This document shows positions 9,301-17,200 of a DNA stretch of 64,000 bases, one piece after another. Made by a program: the position numbers and the translations under genes. The DNA lies in IMG/VR virus record IMGVR_UViG_3300027708_000012, positions 62,001-126,000 of that record. One strand, 5' to 3'. The notes below the pieces were generated by a model. The model saw nothing but the letters and a program-made list of their open reading frames with translations. It was not told the DNA's origin and searched no databases. The number at the start of each line of letters is the position of its first letter. Positions within the stretch are counted from its first letter, which is position 1.

Positions 9301-12300
9301 AGTTACCGTACCAGCTGTTGGCGTAGTACCTCCAAAAACTGTATATGTTATACTAGTAGTACTAACAATACTTGTAACTAATACGCTAGTAGGACTTCCA
9401 CCGTATAATGTTCCAGTACCAGTTGTTGCTGTTATTGGCATACCGACATAAAATCCAGTTGTTGAACTCATGTTGGTAATAGTGGCTGACCAGGGACCAG
9501 TTCCTGTAATTGAGCCAATTGTTCCAGTAGTGCTACCAATAACACTTGCAAGACTTGCTGAGCCAATTGTTCCACTATTAGTACTAGTAATATATGTTCC
9601 AGCTGTAATAGTTCCAGCACTAGTTAAAATCATACCAGGAGTAAATGATCCAGTAAGTGTTCCAGTAGCTGTCATATAGCCACCGCCTGCGCCAGTCGTA
9701 TTAGGATTAATGATTGCGGCGGTATTGCTTGCACTAGCATTTGTTGTCACAGTAATAGTTAAAGGTGCAAAACTTTCTTTAGCCATTAATGCAATTTTAC
9801 TTCCTGAATTGAAATCAGCAACAAAACCTGTTTGTCCTACACCTGCACCGCCAATTAGATTTAATCGCATACCTTTGTATGCATTAGTAATTCCAATATC
9901 AGTTGCCGCAATTGTTATTTGGTATGTATTACCAGTCTGTCCTGTATTTGTAATGGTAACATAACTAGATCCGTTTGTTAATAAACGAACTTCATAAGCA
10001 GCATTATCTCTAAATTCATTTGCAACAGCACTTACTCCATATCCAGTTGAACTATTAAACGAATATGTTGCTGTATTGTAAGCAGAACCTGCATTAGAAT
10101 ATTCTAAACGGTAAATTTTATTTGAATTATCTGTATATACGTTAGCAATCTGTGCTTGAAATGCTCTATTGTTTACGTTTGCAATAATTGGAGTTTCTGA
10201 AGCATCGTAACCTTCTGCTACTACACCAAATGTTCCATAAGAACTATTTCCATTAGTAGCACGAATTTTACCACCAGCTTCTGCTAGATATCCTGCTGTG
10301 TTATAGTATGCAAACACTGAAACTAATTCAGTTAAGGCATTAGATCCAGTGCACCAGCAACCAATACCATCACTTAGTACCTGTGTGAAATCGTTGGCAA
10401 CTATACTTCTGTTTCCGCCGTTGTGCAATGTTCCGTCAATTTTTAATCCAACACATGCAGTACCAAATGTAGTAACGTTTTGTACATAAGGCGATTTTCT
10501 AAAAATCCACACTGAAGAATCTGCTGGCCCGGTGCCTGGATCTAAACTTACATAAGCACCTGCTGTTGGTCTGTACGATCCAAATGCATTTGCAGATGTT
10601 AACGTTCCTGTTAAACCAGATAAAGTCATATTTCTGATGCCGGCGCCATTTCGTACATAGAACATGTTAGCTGTATTATAACTTGCAACTAATGATGTAC
10701 TACTAATTGACCAACCATTAATATTATTAACAGTATATGTTCCTGTTCCGCCAGCATAGAAGAAATAAACTGTAGTACTAACGCCTGAAGTTAATTCGTT
10801 GCTTAATTTTATTGTTGTGCCATTGATAGAAGTTACATATGTATTTGCTGGAATACCGCTGATAGCACCGCCGTTACCCGATACAAACATACCAACAGCA
10901 ATACCAGTATTGCTGGTTACGGTTAAGTTAAAACTTCCGCTTGAACCTGTTGACGCTGTATTCGCTGCCGCTGTACTACTTGCACCAGTTAGTTGTGCTG
11001 TTATTTGTAATGGTGCTGTAATTGTTGCAGAACCGCTTACAAACATTCCGCTTATAATATTACCAGTTGCTGTAAAAGTAGTACCAGTAATAGTAGCTGC
11101 TGGAGTTAAAGTTATATATGTTCCGGCAAGAGCATTTGCATAACTACTTGAGAGTGTTAAAGTCGTAGCAGTTAAAACAGCTCCTACAAAATATGTGCCA
11201 GCTGATACACCGCCACCGCCAGTGCCAGTAATAACAAATTTGTTACCAGTTTGCAAACCGGTTGTACTAGCAACTGTAAGTACACCGCCGCTACCAGTTG
11301 ATCCGTAAATACCAACTGCTGCAGCCGTAATATTTTGACTTGATAAAATTGATGTGATTGCTGATGCTGTAAGGGTATTACCGCTCACAGAACCAGTAAA
11401 TCCAGCCGAAGTGATTAGAGGTTCAACAACAACACCACGTAGTTCATCACCAACTAGTGCTGTATTTTCAGCTACGCTGATAGGAAGTACTTCTTGGTAT
11501 GTTCCATTTTTAATATTAATTGTGCTAGTAACACCTTGGTTTGCAGGAGGAATACTTGCTGTACTTTGAGCTGTTAATGCTGTTGTAATTATTCCAAATA
11601 ATGTAGTAATAGCGGAACTTGAACCAGTTTCAGCTGTATAGTTAGTATCAATTGCCTGACTAATAGCAGATCCTGCAATATTTCCACCGCTAGTATATGA
11701 TGCTGTATTTGTACTTGAAACAGTTACACTAGTTGCTGATAATGCTACTACTGTATATGTTGTATTATAGCTAGTAGGGACAACTGAAGTAACTGTTATA
11801 GTTTCACCTATAACAAATGGTGAACGAGTTTGCGATGCAAAACTAAACGTTACTTGGTTATTCAAACTAGTAATACCAGTAATTGCTAGCGTTGTTAATG
11901 CCGCAGATCCACCTGTTGTATTTTGATAAGTTGATGCTGGCGCACTATTAGCTATAATATTTTGTGAAATTGTAGCAAGACGACCTAACGATGCAATAAT
12001 AAATGGCATTGCGTTTGTTGTTGCTGTATTATAGAATAAATTAGATCCTTGTTGGAAATAAGAATATGCTGCAGCTACTGTTTGACTATTGCCGCCACGT
12101 GCCAGGTCGTATATGATTGCATCTATAACATATCCTGCATCACGCTGAGTTTTATACGGATCGTAAACTGACGAACCGCTAAATGGTGTGTTATTATTGG
12201 CTGCTTGATATGTCATCCAATTGTACATTTCAGCTACTAAGAAATTTTTGTTTTTTGTTAGTAGCGTTGTAGTATTTGTAAATGCTGTTCCAGCTAATAC

Positions 12301-14175
12301 TTGGGCACAAGCATATGCAATAGTTTTCCATGGGCGGTCTAATGTATTTCCATATGAAGGCAACGGTGCATCTACACCATTAGTTGCAGACACATAGAAC
12401 ACATTACTAACGACACCAAAATAATTCCAAGCAGGGATACCTGAAGGAGTTACTCCAAGTATTTGTCCTGATGATCCAATTGGCAATCTTGTTGGTCCTG
12501 ACGGGCCTTGATATATCATATCGCCCTGTGTGGTCATAACACTTGTAATTGCACCAGCTGCTAGTAAATTCCAATATGCTCCAACTGTGTCACTTGCTGG
12601 TGAATTTCCGCTAGATGCGGTATGTGCTTGTACACAAATAAAACTGCTATTGCCGTATGTAATAGCATCGCCTAGTACATATATTGTACTGGTCGCCCAA
12701 GTTGTTGAATAACCAGTATTAGTAACAGCACCAATCACGCCGCTTGTTTGTGCCGATACTGTTACAATGATATCATTTGCTGGACTAATTCCGCCAACAC
12801 TTGTTCCTAAAATTTTAATAGTATCGTTAGTAGCATAACCTGTACCACCTGCATTCTTTACAACAAGATAATAAGTGTTGCTTATAGTAACATTAAATGT
12901 AGCGTCTTGTCCAGTACCTACAACATTGGTTCCTGTAACTCCTGTGAATGTTTGAGAACTTGGATTCCAATAAATTCCACTATTGAGTCTAGACCAGTAT
13001 GTTGCATTGCCTGTACCTTGTACTGAAGTTGCGTTCGGTGCATCAAGTAATGCCGTATAAGTATAACCGTTTTGACGTACTACATCGCCTACTTTATAAC
13101 TTTGAGTTCCGTCAAATAATGCATCACCTCTGAAATTAAATCCAGTAGTAAACAACTGCCAATTTCCGCCTGATGCAAGTACATCGCTTTCAGGATTTAC
13201 ACTGGTGTTTAGTCTTTGCGCTATAAAAGCATAGCCACCGTATGTAACTAAATCACCAATTTGATAAACTACTCCGGTAGTCCAACTATTATAAAATTGC
13301 AGGCCGGCAATAAAAATTGACCAAGAATTTGAATCAAATGCTGTTTGAGAAGTATGATATGCTGTACAAATATAAACATCCGCACCGTATTTTACAACGT
13401 CATTAACTTTATAACGAACAGAACTAGGACTCCATGTTCCTAAATAATTAATACCCTTGTTAAAGTAGTCCCACTTGCCTTGATCGGCTTCTAAGCCCGA
13501 TGTTGCAGATGATGCACTGGTATGTCCAAGATTACATATGTAAGTTTGGCCGCCGTAAAGCACAACATCATTGATACGATATCTAGTAGATGTAGTCCAT
13601 CCAGCAGATATCCAATTAAGACCTTTAGTATAAACATCCCAATAACTTGATTGATCTTCAAGACCTAATGTTGTTGTTGCAGAACTAGTATGCCCTGTAT
13701 TACAATAGTATGATATACCGTTATATTTTACAACATCTCCAATTTTGTATCTAGTTGATGTATTCCATCCAGCGGATACCCAATTAAAACCAGTTGCATA
13801 CAAGTTCCATTTTCCAATATCTGCTTCTAAACCTGTTGTAGTTTCGGTGCCAGCTGTGCCCGTGCCAAGACTTGAACTACTAGTATGCCCTGTTGTACAA
13901 ATATATAATCTTCCGCCATACGCTACAAGATCATTAACTTTATAATAGGTACTAACGGCCCAATTGTTCATCCAAGTGGAGCCGTCTGACACTTGTTGCC
14001 AGTAGGAATTTACAGTTAAATCTGTATAAAAATTAGCGTTAGGTGTGTGACCAGTGACACACATATATGTTTTGCCGCCGTATCGAACGATATCGTCTTT
14101 AACATAAGTTGCTGTGGCACTAGACCATGCACCTTGCCATATAAAACGTAATCTTCCTAATTTAAATTCTGCCAT
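6358..14175 (-). CDS. Giant tail-fibre/virion structural protein (~2605 aa): CBM5/12-like repeats, beta-helix-like domain, beta-propeller-like repeats
   Basis: N-terminal repeats W...T.Y..GDVV.YGG..Y.C..GHTS; central SPYVQNVTTFGT..VANDFTQVLSDGIG; repeats W..V.YG.G.FVAIA. Start moved to MAEFKLGR (14175) because GGAG precedes it. Paralogue of 14224-19905. Confidence 0.75.
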   Translation of the reverse strand: MAEFKLGRLRFIWQGAWSSATATYVKDDIVRYGGKTYMCVTGHTPNANFYTDLTVNSYWQQVSDGSTWMNNWAVSTYYKVNDLVAYGGRLYICTTGHTSSSSLGTGTAGTETTTGLEADIGKWNLYATGFNWVSAGWNTSTRYKIGDVVKYNGISYYCNTGHTSSATTTLGLEDQSSYWDVYTKGLNWISAGWTTSTRYRINDVVLYGGQTYICNLGHTSASSATSGLEADQGKWDYFNKGINYLGTWSPSSVRYKVNDVVKYGADVYICTAYHTSQTAFDSNSWSIFIAGLQFYNSWTTGVVYQIGDLVTYGGYAFIAQRLNTSVNPESDVLASGGNWQLFTTGFNFRGDALFDGTQSYKVGDVVRQNGYTYTALLDAPNATSVQGTGNATYWSRLNSGIYWNPSSQTFTGVTGTNVVGTGQDATFNVTISNTYYLVVKNAGGTGYATNDTIKILGTSVGGISPANDIIVTVSAQTSGVIGAVTNTGYSTTWATSTIYVLGDAITYGNSSFICVQAHTASSGNSPASDTVGAYWNLLAAGAITSVMTTQGDMIYQGPSGPTRLPIGSSGQILGVTPSGIPAWNYFGVVSNVFYVSATNGVDAPLPSYGNTLDRPWKTIAYACAQVLAGTAFTNTTTLLTKNKNFLVAEMYNWMTYQAANNNTPFSGSSVYDPYKTQRDAGYVIDAIIYDLARGGNSQTVAAAYSYFQQGSNLFYNTATTNAMPFIIASLGRLATISQNIIANSAPASTYQNTTGGSAALTTLAITGITSLNNQVTFSFASQTRSPFVIGETITVTSVVPTSYNTTYTVVALSATSVTVSSTNTASYTSGGNIAGSAISQAIDTNYTAETGSSSAITTLFGIITTALTAQSTASIPPANQGVTSTINIKNGTYQEVLPISVAENTALVGDELRGVVVEPLITSAGFTGSVSGNTLTASAITSILSSQNITAAAVGIYGSTGSGGVLTVASTTGLQTGNKFVITGTGGGGVSAGTYFVGAVLTATTLTLSSSYANALAGTYITLTPAATITGTTFTATGNIISGMFVSGSATITAPLQITAQLTGASSTAAANTASTGSSGSFNLTVTSNTGIAVGMFVSGNGGAISGIPANTYVTSINGTTIKLSNELTSGVSTTVYFFYAGGTGTYTVNNINGWSISSTSLVASYNTANMFYVRNGAGIRNMTLSGLTGTLTSANAFGSYRPTAGAYVSLDPGTGPADSSVWIFRKSPYVQNVTTFGTACVGLKIDGTLHNGGNRSIVANDFTQVLSDGIGCWCTGSNALTELVSVFAYYNTAGYLAEAGGKIRATNGNSSYGTFGVVAEGYDASETPIIANVNNRAFQAQIANVYTDNSNKIYRLEYSNAGSAYNTATYSFNSSTGYGVSAVANEFRDNAAYEVRLLTNGSSYVTITNTGQTGNTYQITIAATDIGITNAYKGMRLNLIGGAGVGQTGFVADFNSGSKIALMAKESFAPLTITVTTNASASNTAAIINPNTTGAGGGYMTATGTLTGSFTPGMILTSAGTITAGTYITSTNSGTIGSASLASVIGSTTGTIGSITGTGPWSATITNMSSTTGFYVGMPITATTGTGTLYGGSPTSVLVTSIVSTTSITYTVFGGTTPTAGTVTNVSSILLSAGATSTGITPYALLLGGAITAGTYIVAQISATGATALATATFTGTSGTTSITLTSFTVGSISNVVIGQFIAPISGMLANTYVTAVNYLTGIITISNTLVGNVSGSTSVYTAGGLGTYGINQTATGTPTTSLSYSVSASQTRTSAAISATQNTLTVGSNVSVYNGMPMYVSATVGTNLLPATLYYAMAVVPNSNLFSVGTSSVATSAIIITSSSPSPVSVYAAGWDHVVLGTPIVANLDVTTQYIIEPRLTFSSPSFTPSSSTQISGTWIDCVYGDDVVTYSNISSTSSGAGTLATFNVVKTGVSYAVTQSASGGGYVIGEVLVIAGTSLGGSASNAINIVVTNIGVSGSITNFTFTGTGSGGRYIAIANSGTANQYSTNGTSWTSGGALSASGAWTSIAYGAGVFVAIGAGTSSTTTSTGTSWTLGGALQAGSWSAICYGNGVFMAVASGSTAASYSSNGSSWAATGALPASTSWSGVAYGNGTYVAIAAGGTQAAYSITGTTWVTATLPTTAYWSSVAFGRGIFVAIATGSNASAYSLDGITWVASPAGLPATLQWTKVRYGQGLFFAVAANSTTVATSEDGINWTSRALLTGTNWQGIAFGNPTSTPLWVAITAGTTTANSIVAGATTQARAVASAGSISSVRIIEPGSGYATTPVMTITDPNATIAATWTVRTGVGALANPTFASRGSLYVSASATVSGNGYSDSFQTGAYVNISGLYTTPISGANVVFSGNSTVYKLVSVSNVTSSGGGLTPNNAYFNINPALTVANAPTHNTTTTMRIKYSQVRLTGHDFLNIGTGNFSNTNYPGTPLIAADSTKQTIANGGGRVFFTSTDQDGNFNVGNLFNVVQSTGSATLNASAFSLAGLTSLTLGTTSLGGYNATITSFSSDPYFTANSDNVVPTQKAIRAYISSQIGGGGSNLNVNTLTAGVIYVSGNTITTTTGVYINVPSKMNFTGGIDGMPLAFNFLLR
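10460..10557. repeat. 98-bp exact direct repeat, copy 1 (copy 2 at 16982-17079)
   Basis: gtaccaaatgtagtaacg...tctaaacttacataagc is identical in both fibre genes by direct comparison. Confidence 0.9.
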
Positions 14176-14204
14176 TGTAAGCTCCAAAAACTATCAAGTT
14201 ATTA

Positions 14205-14214
14205 TATTTATTTA
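14205..14214 (-). promoter_or_regulatory. T4-type late promoter core(s) (TAAATAAATA)
   Basis: Overlapping TAAATA motifs in the short gap upstream of the giant fibre gene. Confidence 0.5.
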
Positions 14215-14223
14215 AAATTATCA

Positions 14224-17200
14224 TTATGTAAAATCAAATCCTGATTTTAAAAACATTGTCATTGCAGGCATATTTCCGTTAATGCCTTTTGTTATTAATA
14301 CTTTTTTAGCCATTTTTACCGATCCGCCAGCTGTATTGTAAATTCGTTGATTTCCAATTGCTGTAACACCTGCTGTTAATAATGCGGTAAATGCATTTGA
14401 TCCACCGTTGGCAATATTTCTGGACAGATATGCCTTAATTGCTTTTTGGGTTGGAACAACTACATCGGAGTTTTGTAAGAAATACGCATCAGTTGAAAAA
14501 GAATTTACCGTTATGGTTGGGGATCCTAACAAGGTTAAACTTGTGATACCGCCAATATTAACAACACTTGCTGCAAGTGTAACTATTCCCGATGCTTGCT
14601 GTACAGCAAATAATCCACCTACGTTAAAGTTTCCGTCTTGATTTGTACTTGTATAAAATACTCGTCCGGTATTGTTTTCAACAGTTTGGAATGTTTCGTT
14701 CGCTGTTCTTACATCCACATTTGGATAGTTTGTACTAGAGAAGTTTCCAGTTCCAATAAGTAGAAAGTCGTGTCCTGTTAATCGAACTTGACTATATTTT
14801 TGTCGTATAGTTACACCTTGTCCGTGTATAGGGCTTATACTCCTATCAATATCTGGTGTTACCTGCAAAGTAGCAACACCGCCTACCAAAGATGTATAGT
14901 TTAAAACTATTTTATAAACTGTAGATACTCCAGTAATAACCAGGTTAGATCCAACAGCTGGTAACGATGCTAAATTATTCAAAGTAAGGTAACTAGATAT
15001 TTGATAACTATCTGCAAAACCATCACCAGTTAGTGTACATTTTGTAGTTGACGTTTGATATCCGTTACCCCTATTAGTAAATGATGGGTTACCAAGTACT
15101 CCTGTAGCTGTTCTACATAAAGTAGTTGCCGCTGTTCCACTACTTAAGGCTATATTTGGATCTGTTATAGTTGCAGTAGGAGTCGAACTATAGCTTGATC
15201 CTGGTTCCCACATTCTAATAGAACTAATTTTACCAGATGCTACTACAGTTCTTCCACGAGCTGTTGCTCCTGCTGTAATAATTGATGTTAAACTAGTACT
15301 TTGCCCTGCACCGCCTGTGATAGCTACCCATCTTGGAGTTACTAAGCCGCCAATAGTTGGGTTGCCAAAAGCAATTCCTACCCAGTTTGATACTTGAGGT
15401 AATAATCGAGTGATCCAATTTAAACCGTCTTGACTGGTTGCTCCAATTGTTGAAGATAATGCTACAGCAAAAAATAAACCTTGAGCATACGAAACTTTGG
15501 ACCAGTTTTGTGTACTAGGCAATCCGTTACTAGCAATCCAAGTAATACCATCAAAAGAATATGCAGATACTGTTCCTCCACTGGCAATTGCTACAAATCT
15601 TCCGTTGCCGTAAGAAACACTAGTCCAAACAGCTGATACTGGCATAGTTGTCAGCGTCCATGTTCCGCCATCGTTAGTACTATAGGCGGCTGTTGTAGTT
15701 GATACAGACTGTCCGGCTACCGCAACCCATGTAGCTGGTCCAGATCCGTAAACTACTCCGCACCATGTAGTGGTACTAGGTAAACTACCATTTTGTATCC
15801 AAACAGTTCCAGTTGTAGTATATGCTGTATAAGTTGCACCTATAGCTATAAATTTATTATTACCGTAAGCAACTGATGACCATAAATCTGATATTGGTAA
15901 TGTAGATTGTATCCATACTCCTGGAGTCGTTGAATATGCAACTGTAGTTGCGCCTGCGGCTACTGTTACATAATAAGTTGTTCCGCTAATTTTTCCTGCT
16001 GCTAAAGAAGTGTATACTGCAGCATTAATGAATGTACTAGTCCACGATGTTCCGTTGGTAGAATATAAGGAATTACCAGATTGGTCTACTGAAACATAAT
16101 ATCCGTTACTATAGACAATTGAACTCCACGATGATGCTATTGGCAACACACCTGATGTAGAAGTATATGCAGGATCACTAAAAACTACTCTAGCTTCAAC
16201 TGAATATACTGTTGTTGAATCCAATGTAGATGCTATAGGAGTTCCTGGCAAAATATTATCCCAACCTGCTAAACTAGTAGAATCTGCGTATATTGTTGCT
16301 GTTTTTGTGCTCGTATTATATGATTGGATATATCCGTATTGTCCAACTCCAGTTCCGCTAGTAATAAAAACACGCAGACCTAAATAATTAGCTGGCAAAT
16401 TCTGATCATTACTGGCAAATATAATTGTAGAACTGGTGCCGCCTTGAGCATTATTACCTGCTGTTAAGTAACCATTACCACCTGCCGCTATAGAAGTTCC
16501 GGTAATACGTGTTTCAAATATTGCATTATCTCTAAATTCGTCAGCAATAACTGAAACTCCAGTACCTGCGCCTGTAAAACTATAGCTGGCTGTTGTGTAA
16601 TTTTGTCCAAAATTACTAAATTCTAATGCTAAAATTTTATTTTGAGCCTGACCTGCAAATACTTCAGCTACTTGTGCTTGTGTTGCCCTATTATTAACAA
16701 CAGGAGTTAGTGGAATTTCTGTGTTATCGTATCCTTCGGCTATAGCACCATACGTACCATACGAACAATTTCCGTTAGTAGCACGAATACGTCCGCCAGC
16801 ATCTGCCAAGTAACCAACAGCATTATAGTATGTAAATACAGACACTAGTTCTGTTAATGCTCCAGACCCAGTACACCAGCAACCAATACCATCACTTAGT
16901 ACTTGTGTAAAATCGTTGGCTACAATTGACTTATTTCCGCCATTATGTAATGTTCCGTCAATTTTCATTCCGACGCATGCGGTACCAAATGTAGTAACGT
17001 TTTGTACATAAGGCGATTTTCTAAAAATCCACACTGAAGAATCTGCTGGCCCGGTGCCTGGATCTAAACTTACATAAGCGCCGGCATTTGGTCTGCTAGT
17101 TCTATAAATGTTTGGAGATTGTAATACTCCAACAATTCCAGATAACGTCATATTTCTGATACCAGAACCGTTGCGTACATAGAACATATTAGCTGTTGAA

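Noticed and set aside
10460-17079. Diversity-generating retroelement TR/VR pair
   Set aside because: The two copies are identical (no adenine-specific mismatches), both lie mid-gene, and no reverse transcriptase is visible in the window.
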